Shown in pieces: positions 1-19,510 of a stretch of 64,000 nucleotides of DNA (positions are counted from its first letter, which is position 1; each line of letters opens with the position of its first letter). The notes under the pieces are model-generated. The model worked only from the letters and a program-made list of their open reading frames with translations. It did not search any database and was not told where the DNA came from. Location: the NCBI GenBank assembly GCA_037447605.1, contig CM074820.1:124001-188000 (forward strand). Reading direction: 5' to 3'. A program made the position numbers and the translations under genes. Source of the stretch: Zygnema circumcarinatum SAG 698-1b (Eukaryota; Plantae; Zygnematophyceae).

Positions 1-154
1 CTTTTTAGACGGAAGTGAAGATGTGATGCTGTAATGTACAGACACTCCGGCATGGCCACTACACAAAGGCGAGGATGAAATGAGCGGAGGAATTGGCTTG
101 AGCAGCGAACGGCAACAATCACGGCCACCAAACGAGGCATTCATGCGTCTGTGC

Positions 155-1916
155 TCAGAGCGGTATGCCGCCACTGGAGAACTCCAGTACCTGCTCATCC
201 CACTCACCAAACACTCTCAATGGTCAGAAAGTGTCGACTCTGTGCGCAGCGAACACAATAAACGGCCTGATGCAAGCCCGGTTGACTTTCGAGTTCAACA
301 CTCTAATTTTCCAAGTGGGCAACATGGAGCCCGAACCCTTCCGCCAGTGTTGCCACTGCTCTACCAACCGTCGCATTGCCAAGGGGGGAGTAATCACCTG
401 GCGAGGCGGCAGCTGGGAGAGCCAATCAGAGGCGTGCGTGGGCAACAGGCCTAACGCATTTAGCTGCAATTTTCCCGGGAAACAAGGGGCAAGTGGAGAC
501 AAAAACTTAGGTTTCCAATATTTCTAAACGAGAAGTAAAAAATGGGGGATACTGTGAAAAGAGAACTTAGAAACGTGAGGCGTTAAGACTTTACTTAGAA
601 ATAAATGAGGGAAAAGTGAAGATCGCAGGTCAAGACCAAGAAATGTGTGTCCCGCTACGGCCATTGAGCCATTTAGAAAAAAAGGAGTTCCAGGTTTTGT
701 AGTTTCCAGGAAAAGGGAGGGCTTGAGGAAGGGAAATGGAGTACCTTCCACAGCCCCAAGATGAATCCTGCAACATTGATGGCACAAAAGAGGAGCTTCG
801 GCAGCAGAACGTCTGTTCTCGGGTCTTGGAATGGCTCAAACACTGCAGAAAGACGTATTTTACATCCTTCATTACATTTCAGAATATGGGTCATGAACAT
901 CGAAAGTATATGAACGTTTATAGCTCTCGATATAACTTGTCAATTAACCTGAGGGAAACAGGTCATTGAAATGGAGGGGCATCATCGAACAAGGGCTGCC
1001 AACATCGAAAAAGATTAGAAATACACTTACTCTTGTTTACTTGTTGAAATGCACTTATTGGTTGCCACACTGCTGAAAAGACGATCCCAATACTGAATAT
1101 GTGGACAGTGCTTCCCGCCATCCATAGCATGAAGGCCATCATGAGAATGTTCTTGACTGGGGCTTGCGCAGCCTCCCATGCTTTCTGAACCCAAGGAAAA
1201 AGAAAAACATCGCATGTCGAAATGCTTTAAAAAACTTCCGCCAGTTTAGCTTACTTCCATAACACGGCTTGCGGCTTTCGTTTGTGGATGAATCAGCTGT
1301 TAGAATTCTAGGCCTCCGCTTCCAGCTAAATAAGTGAAGTCATTTGGGATAAAGAGAGCCGTAGGAGAAGCTTTCCGGTGCGGGATGCTTACAACGATAG
1401 AGCAGAGGTCATCTCCTTTTGCATTCAGTCTGTTCGTACCTGCTGCTTCCAGGTAGAATCAACGTCCTTCACTTTTACAGCCTTCGACGACGTCTCCTCC
1501 TGAATCCGCCATAGCGAGCCTTGTCTTTCTTTCAGGGTAAACTAATGCATATCCCGCTAAACCTCACAATGTTTGAGCTGTTGTTTAAGAAATGCACAGG
1601 ACAAGGGAGAGGCAAATACACTGAAACTTACGCTAGCGTCAAGTTTCCTGAGAGATGAATTTGCTGCAAAAATGGAGGAGCCATAAACATGTATTATCAT
1701 GCCTAAGGTGAAAACGCCCAGCTAACACAGAATTTATCTGTACAATCAAAACCCTAACCCTAAAAAGCACCCGAAGGTGGAAAGGGCAACGAGGCCCACA
1801 GCATCCGCGGCCTGGCGATTGAACCCGAGTGGATCCGCGACCTCCCGCGTGGTCGATGGCGGCGCTTCTCCGAGGTCGACCGCCCATCTCCTCGCGGAGC
1901 GGCTCGAAGACGCCAT
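155..1916 (-). CDS. EMC4: ER membrane protein complex subunit 4 (6 exons)
   Basis: Spliced translation MASSSRSARRWAVDLG..DPLGFNR / EETSSK..STWKQQ (1499-1440) / KAWEAAQAPVKNILMMAFMLWMAGSTVHIFSIG / FEPFQD..PKLLF..GLWK / LNALGLLPTHASDW / VLEFSSGGIPL*; matches plant EMC4 motifs. Confidence 0.92.
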
Positions 1917-1970
1917 AGATTCGCCGGTGGAAGGAGAGAGCCGGGCACGAGGAGACAGCGGGCGATGGGA

Positions 1971-2000
1971 GGCATGGCATGGCATGGCATGGCATGGCAT
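1971..2000. repeat. (GGCAT)6 microsatellite upstream of EMC4
   Basis: Six perfect GGCAT units read directly. Confidence 0.95.
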
Positions 2001-3101
2001 GAGCGGAATCTGCTTCTGGCCGTTCACACTGTGAGTACGTGCCACAAGGTGGATCGGAGCGTTCAGATCAACTGTCGCTTCCGCTGGATCCGGAAATGGT
2101 TGGCTTGGTCCGCCAACCAGTGGTTGTCAACTTGCCTCTGTTTTGGGCATCGATGCAGGGTGAAGCATCGATGCAGTGGGTCGCCCTGCACAGCGACGCA
2201 GCGTGCAGTGCAGACGCAAGATGGTCGTGCGCGGCTCAAGCGGAAAGGGAGGCAGTACTGGCTGCAATGTTTTCAATTCGTGGTGGCAGTAAAGATTTTA
2301 GTTTTGTTATATCACGCATCTCGATGTGCAAGAGGAGGCAGTGCCGCACCCGACAGCATGTAGACCGTCAGGACTCCAGGGGCACAGGAACACTACGTCC
2401 AAGAATGCATCACAATTTGCGCCCCAGAACGTTGGTTCTTGATGATCTAATAGTAGACTACGTTTCTGTTATGGCTCCAAAAAATAAAAACAGGGTCCTC
2501 AACGAGATTCCTCAGGTGCGAAACGATTGCGGTGTACGAAACCCGCAGTTCGACTATGCAAGAGGAGCCTACACAGTCCTGCACAACTCGTGTCCAGATA
2601 ATGGTTTGCTGAAGAATTCTGTAGTGCCTCGTGTACACTGCGATAAATGTTGCGCTCGTCCTCTCTCTCCCTAAAGCACAAACGGGCTTTTGTGCCCCTG
2701 CATAAAAGGCTTGTACGCTGCACTGCTTTCAGTGCGGGCGTGCAGCCGTCTGCTGTTCCACACTGGCCTTCTTCGAGGAATTGTGAGAGCTGACAATAAC
2801 CGCAAGTTGGAGGGCACATAAAGCTGCAGCATCTAATGACTGCAGCGCGTCTCCCAACTGAACGGCAGACCAACAACTCCTCCATGCAGGTGGGTCGGCA
2901 TTTGCAATGCAACGACTACTGTCACTCAACACAGCACGCCATGGTAACGAGTGTAGCGCAAAAACGCTCAACTATGCTTTCTGAAGATCCCCAACAACAT
3001 CCACCCCACACCATCCCAAATCCATATGGTTAGCATACTTCCAATCAGCAACCACAGCCAAAGCTACTTATGCAATTGCATAAGCAATTGCCAAGAGACA
3101 A

Positions 3102-4842
3102 CTATGAACTTCCGGCCTTCTGCTTGACTTGCGGCCTCCCACCTGTTTCCAGGGCCAACGCATTCTAGTGTGCCAAAAACAGTAGGTCTACGGTCGAATT
3201 GTACCATTAGTTCCACAAAATGGAAAAGAACATTAAGATTTCATAACAGCAAATAACACCATTCAGGTAACGGAGTGATGAAAGCCTACTTGCACTGGAA
3301 GAAATAGTTTAAATTCCGCAGGAAGTTCATCGTCCGAATAGAGGCGATCAGAAAAGTAGATGCGCCGCAAACGACAGTTGGCATGCACCTGCACTCTAAG
3401 AGTTTCCACATAGTTTGTTCCATATGCGCGCTTCGTGAAGTCAGCAAGGTTGAACTGGATCTGATTCCAGCCATCATCAAGGCGCATAGGCATGGTGCAA
3501 ATGAAGGGCTTCACGCGCGTTGTTGACTGCAAACCCCAACATTCATTGCATAAGTACTAGAAAGTACATAGGCGACTTAAAAGTAGAAGATCAGTTAACT
3601 ACCTGAGTTACAGCAGAAGGGCCTGTATCCAGCAATTGTGCGGAGATCACCCAATCCCAACATGACCTCCGAAAGATTCAGTTTGTGTGTTTAACAAGCT
3701 TGGCACATATCCTTCGTAGGGTAGCAATATTGGTCCATAGATATGCGTTAGATAGCATACCAACCAAATAAGGCAATCCCAAACTTGTCACCCTTGACAA
3801 CGTTTGGTGAGGGAATCGAGCGTACTCAGACAGAGTTTTCACCTGGAAGTTAGAGGCTCTAAAGCGCCTTCGAACATTCTTGTCATCCAGGATCTGCACT
3901 TCAAATGTGAAATACTTTTGAACATTCTTGACGATCATCACCAGAAACGGAAGCTTGATTCCTAGTGTCGCAGCTGGATCGGCGGGACAAGTTATAAAAT
4001 TGGTGCTGACGTTTGACCCCAGAATTTCTAACGCACTTGACTGAATATCAGGATCAGTCAAACGCTTCACATGTCCATTATCGACTGCAAACAATCGAAC
4101 AACCAAAATCGCATTAGATGATCTCACACACTTCCTGTGAAGACAATTAATGCTAGAGGAAGAAACGGTTGGCATGTAAATTTCTGAAAACCCTGAAATG
4201 GAGGACAGGTATAGCTTTCGACGACACATGCAAGTTGATGCCGACACCACTCGAGAATGCACTCAGTTGCAAGTGCTGTTGCATTCTTCATAAAGATGAA
4301 GGCATCAATGAGATTAACTCTGTTCTTTGTCGTGAAAACCAGTAATTTTGGCCATTTTCAGTTGTACCATTTGATCATGTACCAGTTGATCGAAATGCAT
4401 TTGATTGCGAACTTCGCACGGTGAAATAGGGATCACCAACAGCACGGAGAAGCTATACGGTAACGCTTTACAAGGACATCTCAACTGCCAACGTGACACT
4501 ATAGACAGTACATTATGCGAGGTTGTCCTCACCTTCCTTGGACCATATCTGCAGCGGTTTACTCCTGCAACACCAGCAACGCCAGAGCATGAGGGAGGGT
4601 AGAATAGCGGACATTACTCTATTACCTAAGCTTCAGAATGAAGATTGCAATTTCCGCTGCTGAAGTCTTATTCGTTCTGACAAAGACGAAAATGGCGTTT
4701 AATGAAATCAATTCGAATTCATGCGAAGCTAGATACAGTTTGAGATGCGATTCTTAGTGCCATTATCTCAGCCACGCGCAGCGACTTACCCGATACTGTA
4801 CAATATTGAAAGAAAGCCCGATTGAAAAGTGTTCTTGAACAT
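3102..4842 (-). CDS. CFAP20: Cilia- and flagella-associated protein 20 (BUG22)
   Basis: [18 protein letters not shown] / [10 protein letters not shown] / [18 protein letters not shown] / [22 protein letters not shown]; the short last exon (KAGSS*, stop at 3102-3104) is tentative. Confidence 0.93.
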
Positions 4843-5651
4843 AATTGCAGCTTCAGACCTAGAAATGAAAGCTTCATATCCCTTTGTACCCTATTTCTCC
4901 TGGCAATGGCTTCCTGACAAAAATCTGATTATAGTCTGGGTGCAATGTCTGCACATATGCAACACAACCACATCACCACAACAAAATCAGTAACCAGAAG
5001 GTAGCAATTCCAGTTCTAGGGAAAAAAAATTAGAAAATATCCCAGCGAATTAAAAAAATAAGATAGTCTTGCAGCTCTTGTCAGCCATTGTTGAGAAAAC
5101 AACTTACAAAGTCCTTGACGAGCAAAAAAACGATTGCAAAAAATGCACAGAACAACAACTCAAACTCTGCGAGTTTTACGAATGCAAAGACGGCTTCCAC
5201 AGAGCGCGTAAGCCAAGATTTAGCGGGACGCGCATGCGCCGGAGGCATGTCGCTCTATCGCCAGCCCTGCCTGCCTGCCTGCCCTCCTCGAGACGTCAGG
5301 CCAAGGCCGTCCTGCACAGGATTCAGGAACGGCGCCACCGTATCGTATCGTCCCCTGCAAAACCGTATCATGTTGGAATCTCGACACAGTATGCTGCGAT
5401 AATCCTTGGCGATATCGCCATTTGGAGGGGTACGGTACTGCTATAGGAAAGTGCCTGCTTTTAGGGAGAGCTCTTTGAAGAGTAGCTGTCCTCTGAGGGA
5501 CGCGTTACAGTAAACGTTTCTGAACTGTTAATAAACATGACTGGCGAAGGGTTTTGAAGAGCTGCGGAGTGATTGATTATGGTGGCTACGACGGAGTGGA
5601 GCACTACGTCTACCGCCAGCAAACTGGATCCAACCGGTTTACTGTTGCAAG

Positions 5652-8326
5652 ATGAATCTGAGTCTTCTTGGTGAGCAAAGCTTCAAAAACTGGGCAGATA
5701 GGATAGGGTAGGATTTGCGGATAGGATTTCTAGGATTTGCAAACCGGAGGTTTAACAGGACGGGCTTGTCCAATGCAGACCCGTTTCAGGACGACCTGCC
5801 CGAAGTGATTGAAGAATATTTGGACTATGGGGTTGCAAAATGCATCTCTTTCAACAGAAGAGGGACATTTCTTGCAGGTAAGAGCAAGAAATGGGTTGAC
5901 TTAGCTCTATCCAAAGTCTATGTGTAAGAATCGACCTCATATTTGCATACTTGAAGCACTTTTGCGGCTCAAGTCGCCATTTCCACTTTCCCTCTTCTCT
6001 AAATGGGTGAAATTGCTGTAGAATATTTTGTATAGGCGCCGCATACCGCATTATTTACACGTATTAAATGTTCGTTCTTCAATCTCCATTGCCTATTTCA
6101 ATGTTGTAGTCTCTCCAGGAAACCTAATTTGCTTCTCTACTTCGCTGGCACAGCTGGCTGCAGTGATGGTTCATGCCTCATATGGGACTTTGGCACCAGA
6201 GGGGTCGCCAAGAAATTGAAGTCATCGGAATGCTCATCGCCCATCACTAGTGTGAGCTGGTCCAAAAATGGACATCACATTTTGGCAGCTTCGGTTGACT
6301 GTTCCCTCGCTCTATGGGACGTTGCTGGAGGAACAAGAACAGCAGTGGTCAGCTTTCAGACGGCGGTGATGCATGCCAGACTGCAGCCCGGCGACAGCAA
6401 TTTGTGCTTGGCCTGCCCAGTGGAAAGCCCTCCCCTTCTTGTTGACCTTATCACTCATGAGAAAATTCAATTGCCAGTAACCTCTTCGAAATGTTCTGAA
6501 GCAGCAGTTTCTGCACGTGGTAAGAATTCGGATATCAGCATCGCATCTCCTGCAGCTGCAACTTTCAGCAAACTCGGTGATATAGTTTACGTCGGTACAG
6601 TCCGCGGTGAGATCTTGGTCGTTAGTGTGAAGAGCAGGCAGCTGCTTTCGTCTTTGCAAGTTCAGGGTGGCGCATGGATAAAGCAATTGCAAATAAGCAG
6701 AAATGGGCAGTTTTTACTGGCCAATTCAAATGACAGGGTTATTCGAGTGTTTGAAGTCTCGGAAGACACTAGCAAAAAGTCGAAGGAGAACAACGGATGT
6801 GGAGCTAATGATTCAGCCGACGATGCTACAGAAAATCATGTTTCCGCTGGCTCAAAGGTGAAGCTTTTGAAGGATTATCAGGATGCTGTAAATAAATTGC
6901 AGTGGAAGTCTGCCTGCTTCAGCGGAAACGGAGAATATGTGGCAGGCGCGGCTGCGAATCGGGGGGAACACAAGATTCAAATTTTCAGCAGAGGATTTGG
7001 GCAATTAGCCCGAATTTTGGAGGGGCCGAAGGAGGCAGTCACTGACATGGCGTGGCATCCAACAAGGCCAATAGTAGCATCAGTTTCACAATCAGGACTC
7101 ATCTATCTCTGGGCTAAGGATTATGTAGAGAATTGGAGTGCATTTGCTCCTGACTTCAAGGAGCTTGAAAACAATGAAGAGTATGTGGAGAGAGAAGATG
7201 AGTTTGACATTGTACCTGACGAAGAAAAGGTAGCACGCTTTCTCCTTTGACTAATTCATGAAAAGCAATGCAACAGCAATCCTTCTCCTATCAGTCGGTT
7301 GCCGAGCATATTGTCGGTCTGTTTTTGAAAGTTCCTAGGTGATTCACCAACTAGATGCTCGTTTTAGAATATAGCTCTTACCATGGAATGCACTCAAGGC
7401 CTTGCCTCTCTCAACTGAACATGTTCCTCTGTGGGAGATGAGGACCATTTTAGGAACCACCTCAATTTATCTTAACTCTGTTCCTTCCCTTAAGGTAAAT
7501 ACTGATCCTTTCAGTTGTTTTCCCCAGTAAAGATGGAAAAGCTGAGCTTTTTCAAGTCAAATTTAGGAGAAACCTCGTGCTTGGTTTGCTGAACGTTGCC
7601 ATCATTCTGAGAGTCCTGCAGGTCAAACCAACGAAGTCAGCAGATGAGAATCAAGACGTGGACATTGAGACGGTTGAGAAGATAGCCGCATTCAGTGACT
7701 CGGACGACTCGGAGCAGGGCCTCTACTTCCTCCCTACAGCGCCGGAGCCCGATGAGCGGCCTGACTTTGTCGAGGGAGAGGAAGGGCCCGAAATAGAGGG
7801 CCCAATAGTGGTAGAGGGACAGTCGGGGAATTTTGAAGACGCCTTTCCTACTCAAAGTCATTTGGAGCGAGACACTCAAAGGGGGGGCAGAATATCAGGA
7901 GACTTTGAGAACGGTCAGTCTACGAGACTTTGATTGTCTGACATTTGGTTTTTACATACGGCGAGGACCTTTGTTGGGAGAAATTGTTGTGTGCAGTCAA
8001 AGTTATACCTCATCGTGAACTCGTGCGCGGAAACCAAGAACTGAAGTCAAATGAAAAGGGACATGAACTGTTTCACGACATCTGATTTTAGTTCTCACTC
8101 GCCTGGAAATGTTTTCTCCATGCTCAAGTGCAAATCGGACCTCTGACCAATCTCTTGTCGGTCATGACTTGGTTCCTTTGATGCAGAAGAGGAAACGCCG
8201 CAAAATGGTCGCCGTGTAAGGAAGAGAAAGCTTTCCGAGAAAGCAGCAGAGCTTGAAGCGGAGAAAGAGTCTGCCAAAAAAGGCGCACGCAATAATTCTG
8301 GAGGTAAAAAGGGCAGCCAGCCTTGA
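5652..8326 (+). CDS. RBBP5: WD40 COMPASS subunit RBBP5 (RBL/Swd1)
   Basis: MNLSLL/DPFQDDLPEVIEEYL..FNRRGTFLA / WD repeats..ENWSAFAPDFKELENNEEYVEREDEFD / acidic exon / ..RKRKLSEKAAELEAEK..GSQP*; GT-AG phases consistent. Confidence 0.93.
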
Positions 8327-9090
8327 GCATGGCCGCTGCCGGTGACCGGGGGAGAGGAGGTAACTCCCGCCATTAGCAGGCAAGGCAGCGAAGCCTGAGA
8401 CTGAGGAAGGAGAGAGGGCGCGAGTTCATGGAGTTCGATCGAGATGCGAGCAAGGGGTACCCGTCCTCGTGGTTTCCTCGCCATCATTCTGGTATTGGTC
8501 AATCTCTGGCATCTCCCTTGCACTGCACAATTTGATCAGCGAAGCGGGAAAAGCGTTGGGAATTAGGGAGGTTATCCAATTCTGCAGCGTTCATCATCTT
8601 GATGCTTTCTACTTTGTTGGCTTGTTGAGACTCTTCTGCCCTGGCGGTAGCATTATCCAACTTGTATTTCCGATGCAACTTATATCGTTTGCTGCTTGGC
8701 TAGAAATTGAGTAAGTGAAGCCAGGGAGAGACGCGTGTCGTTCTAGTTGATGATTGTTTCGAACGAATCTGTGACCCAGAGCAGTGTTTAAGACTCAGAC
8801 AAAGCTTCTGTTTGGCGCGTGTGCAGTGATGATCATCACGAAGGCTGAACTAGTCATGCCAAATCGCTGGCAGCAAGAGGCGTGTGAAAAATGCGATGTG
8901 TTCTGGAAAATCATTCTTATTTTACTAAGAAATCTCCCATAGCAATACCCTGTGTTGACCCGCTGCAACTCTCCCCCTAGTGCTGCGAGGGCCGTGCAGC
9001 AATCGCTGCCTTTCGCCGCTTGACGATGCCCCGCGCTGTGAACTCAAACATCATCACCACCTTCTGTTGCCGCCCACTGCTCGCAGTATG

Positions 9091-9295
9091 CCTCGCACGT
9101 GCGAGGCGTAGGATCCTGCCCATTCAGCCGTTGGATCCCGCACTTGACGAATTGTCCGATCCTGCCCATCCAGCCGTTGGATCCCGTGCGTGCGAGGCCT
9201 AGGATCCTGCCCATCCAGCCGTTGGATCTCACAAGTGTGAGGCGTCGGATCCTGCCCATCCAGCCGTTTTGTCCCACGCGTGCAAGGCGCTGCAT
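9091..9295. repeat. ~45 bp minisatellite: four copies of a 27 bp core GGATCCTGCCCATCCAGCCGTTGGATC with variable 18-19 bp spacers
   Basis: Cores start at 9111, 9157, 9202 and 9247 (the last is degenerate); 16 bp perfect palindrome CCTCGCACGTGCGAGG at 9091. Confidence 0.9.
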
Positions 9296-9802
9296 CCCGC
9301 GCTTTGTGGTCGATCGACGGTGGCCGTTGGGGCCGTTGCGGGCCGCCGTCGATCGGGCAACGAACTCCGTTGTCCGTACGTGGTCGTGACGCCCCCCCGT
9401 CCAATGCGAGGGCACTGCCGTAGATCGGCGGCGGTCGGGCGGTCGGTCGGTCGGTCGGTCGGCGCGCTGCGCCACGTGGCGCCTCACAGCGCTACTACGC
9501 CTGCAGGCCCGACGCGACCAGGTGCGGCGGGGAGACGGCGAGCGGGAGAGGGAGAGAGGGAGAGAGGGAGAGAGGGAGAGAGAGAGGGAAAGAGGGAGAG
9601 AGAGAGAGGGCGGGTGAGGACCAGGACCGTCGGAGAGGGGAGGACGGGGACGCTTGTGTGTGGAGGTTGTGAATGTGGAAAATGTAAAGAGTGGGAAAGA
9701 CCGGAAGGCAGACGAGAGTGGGAATGCAGTGAGAAAATACTCAAGCAGGAGCGAGAGGGTCTCAGAGAGAGAGAGAGAGAGAAAGGGGAGGCCGGGGGAA
9801 CC

Positions 9803-10717
9803 ATGTCGACAGCTCAATGGTCGTCTCACACTTTCATCTCGAATGGCCTCTCCATCAATTACTACCACTCACTCTCTAACCCTGGCCCTAACCCTAATGT
9901 CACCTCTCCGTCCGCTTTGCCCATCCTCGTCATTCTGCACGCCCTTCTTGGAAGCGGCGCCGCCATGATTCCCATTGCCTCGAAGCTGCTGCCCAGCTTT
10001 GAAATATTTATTCCTGATGCCCGCGGCCACGGGCACTCTCAACCCATAGCCTCTGGAACTTTCCAGCGGTCGTGGCTCGTGGCAGACGCCGCCGCCTTCA
10101 TCAAACATGTGACGCTGGAGGACGCAGCGGGCAGGCGGAAAGTTTTTCTGCTCGGGCACTCCATGGGAGCTTCCACCGCTGCCCGAGTCGCAAAATTGTT
10201 CCCGGAACTCATTGCGGCCCTCGTCCTTGAAGAGCCGCCATGGCGGCGCGGCGATGGCGATGCGATCGACCCCAGCAAGAGGACATTGCCGCGGAGCCTC
10301 CTTGACGAAGTGAGGGCTTTGCAGAATTTGAGCAACGCAGAATTTCAGAAGATCGACATACACGCAGCAAACTTACCGATGTTGGCCGAGTCTTTTAAGG
10401 CAGCGACCCGCGCCTTCGATGTGGAGGAATGCGCCGCCACGTTCTTTGCATGCGATGACGAACTGAATGAGGCAGTGGCGAACATCACTGTGCAGACGCT
10501 GCTGCAGTTTGGGGACTCTGAAACCGGTTCTAAACTGGACCCAGAAACTAAGCAGAAAACTTTTTGGACTTGGCCTCTCGGAGAATTCTTACATTATCCT
10601 GGTGGCGGACATTTTTTGCACGTCGATCATGAGGCTCAGTGGGTGAAGGATGTGGTGGACTTTCTTGAAAGGAGCGGAGGAAAGGTTTCGCAGAATGTAG
10701 GGATAGCTGTTATTTGA
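9803..10717 (+). CDS. Intronless alpha/beta-fold hydrolase (304 aa)
   Basis: LHALLGS, PDARGHG, nucleophile elbow GHSMG, LVLEEPP, catalytic-His region GGGHFLH; ATG at 9803 follows a GA-rich leader. Confidence 0.9.
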   Translation: MSTAQWSSHTFISNGLSINYYHSLSNPGPNPNVTSPSALPILVILHALLGSGAAMIPIASKLLPSFEIFIPDARGHGHSQPIASGTFQRSWLVADAAAFIKHVTLEDAAGRRKVFLLGHSMGASTAARVAKLFPELIAALVLEEPPWRRGDGDAIDPSKRTLPRSLLDEVRALQNLSNAEFQKIDIHAANLPMLAESFKAATRAFDVEECAATFFACDDELNEAVANITVQTLLQFGDSETGSKLDPETKQKTFWTWPLGEFLHYPGGGHFLHVDHEAQWVKDVVDFLERSGGKVSQNVGIAVI

Positions 10718-11777
10718 AGGCGGGTAAAGGCTGTGAATGCGCAGACCTGGAAGGAATTGAGCACAGGGCGCAATGTGGAGGGATGGGGGACATGAGGGTT
10801 GTAAGTTAAGACGTTCGTATTTTAAGCTTGGTTTTTCCAAAGCAAAGTTTTGGATCAGCTTGTAAAGGCACGTCCAGTACCATTCTCAATTGGCCATGTG
10901 TGTGCAAAATATCTGCAGTGTCTCTATGTCCCTGCTCCTCCTCAGTAGGGGCTTCAAATCTTCGCGTTCTGGAATTGGAATCTGGTTGCGATTCACTCGG
11001 GATTGTCGCGGCAAACAAATGCAAATTGCAAAATGCGGAAGTTCAGATTGGAACCCCCTCGTGGCAGTGACTTCCCGCCTGTGCCATTTCACTGACACAC
11101 TGCCAACGGAAGATTTATAGCCAAGGATGAGACGGCGAAGGGGACATTCATTTCCCGCCACAAAGGCTGGAGAGTGACGGAAATGGAAATGGAAATTCTT
11201 ACTCATTTTTGTAAATTCATTGAACTCGTGCACACACGCGCCAGTCACCTGCCACGTGTCACCCACCCTCTGTCACCCACATCGTACTCACGCTTTTGAA
11301 GTCATCGCGTGGTTAGTAACTGACCGACCAAGTTGGTCAAGAAAGTTTATGGTAAAAATGGTTAGCCACGAGTTGTTCCGTCTGGCTCAGAGGCGACTTG
11401 GCGTTGGTGGTATCGCGATGGCGACCAAGTGACGAGGGCCTTCGGCAGACGCAGCTGACCGCCTGGGCTAGTCAGTACCGTGGCTAAAACTGCCCGCCGG
11501 ACGGCGCAATGTTTTGACCAACTAACGGCCGACTAACGACCGGCTGGCGGAGGTGCACCTGTACGGAACTGCGCGACCCGCTGTACGGCTATACGGCTGA
11601 CGTGGCATGAAACAAGGACGCGTGCGGAACCAGCGACCGTTTCTAATGGACCCCACTTTGCTGACGTGGCGCAACCTTATTGGACCTTATTAGGGAGCTG
11701 CTGACGCAAGCAGCGACGGATGACGGTACGGAATCTCCATCTCCCGTCTCCCTCTCCTCTCCTCCCTCTCCTCCGCT

Positions 11778-11784
<7 letters not shown>

Positions 11785-11856
<72 letters not shown>
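11785..11856. repeat. (CT)n microsatellite
   Basis: Perfect CT run. Confidence 0.95.
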
Positions 11857-11858
<2 letters not shown>

Positions 11859-12431
11859 GGCCCAGAGTTGAAGAATGAACTCGAGAGAGGAGAAGTTCAT
11901 CGCTGGACTGTGAGTGGTTCCTTCCAGAAGGGCTCTCTCTCTCTCTCTCTCCCTCCCCTCCCCCCGGCTGCCTGCCTGGATGGAGCAGAAGGTCTGGCTC
12001 ACGATCGCGGTGGCGCTCAGTCTCGAGCGCACGCTCAGAGTGGAGCTCTTGCGATCGATTTCAAACCTGTTCAAAGGGACTTTTCCGTGCACAGTGTTCT
12101 CGCAGAAAATGAGCGCCTGCACATAATTTATTGACTCAAATTGCATCACAGGACGTGTCCGGAACTAGCAGCCCCAAATAAAGTTATTTGTTTTCCTTTC
12201 CCCGAATGATCAGGTAGATAGATCTCGCAAAATGTGGAGCTACATACGAACGAAGGTATTCACGACTCATCAATGGAATGCAGGCTTAGAAGAAAAGGAG
12301 AGTCAGCCATGATGATTACTGCACATTTCAACTTGAAACCCTAAAGGCCTCTCTAAACGAAGGTGTTTGAAGGACTTCCAAAACTACAGCATTTCATCAT
12401 TTTCACAATAGTTCGGAAAACTAGTTGAGCC

Positions 12432-18681
<6,250 letters not shown>

Positions 18682-19510
18682 TGAAGAGATTAGAATATGA
18701 GACCCCGCACACCCCAAGTATTTTATGGGCACAAAGTGCCTTCAATTTTACAGAAAACGCCGGAAAGTACCGGAAAGGTGCATTCAGATAAGTCAAAGCC
18801 TTGGATTTAGTTTTGTGTGTGTGTCTGAGCCCCTGTAAATAGAAGGTAAAGGTAAGGGCAGACATCGTCCGATTTTCGATTTGCAGGACGTGTGTGGCAG
18901 CCCATTCAGTTCAGTTCGCCATTGCACGGCTAACTTTAGGCACAGGAACGAGCAGCAGCAAAGCACACGGACCTTCACATTTGCCCCAATGTCGGCATTG
19001 TGGACGGCACATGCTGGAGAGTGCAGGGCTCGTAGAATAGCGGACTCTCGCTTGAGATGTAAATGTTTTTGTGGTCCCTGCGCACCATGTACAATAACAC
19101 TCTTCCCTCTCCCTTCCTCCCTCCCTCTCTCCCTCTCTCTCCCATGGTGAGGCCCAACTCTGGATGGAACCTTGTGAATTTCTTTTTAGAGAACTTTTTC
19201 CTCAAGCAGCACGGAAACAAACAAACAAACAAACAAACCACAAACCCTATTTTTCTTTCCCTTTTATAAATTCGCAGTGTCTGGTTTGCACGAGTGGTGA
19301 TGATGCACGACCCCGCGTCGATGGGGATGGCAGTCCAAATTCTTCCTCGCATGGCCGCCGGAAATTGGCGCGGAACACGGCGCCATGGCCGCATGGCGCC
19401 GTCCGCTGACATTCTTACACGCCATAGCCGCGCTCCCTCCTGCCCCCTCCACCTTCCCCTCCTGAAGCCCGCGGTCCCTCACCCTACCCCTGCCCTAAGT
19501 CCTGCAGCAC

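Noticed and set aside
2039-2971. ORFs between EMC4 and CFAP20
   Set aside because: No recognisable domain or convincing splice structure; probably promoter and 3' UTR
3102-4842. Flagellar gene in a possibly non-flagellate alga as a novelty
   Set aside because: CFAP20/BUG22 is known to be retained in non-flagellated plants
5069-5446. ORFs between CFAP20 and RBBP5
   Set aside because: Non-ATG starts, no motifs; lies in a divergent promoter/5' UTR region
9111-9273. CRISPR array
   Set aside because: Eukaryotic context, no cas genes, and spacers are short and related to each other; it is a minisatellite
9269-9802. N-terminal extension of the hydrolase ORF to 482 aa
   Set aside because: Runs through the minisatellite edge and GA leader; the domain starts at ATG 9803
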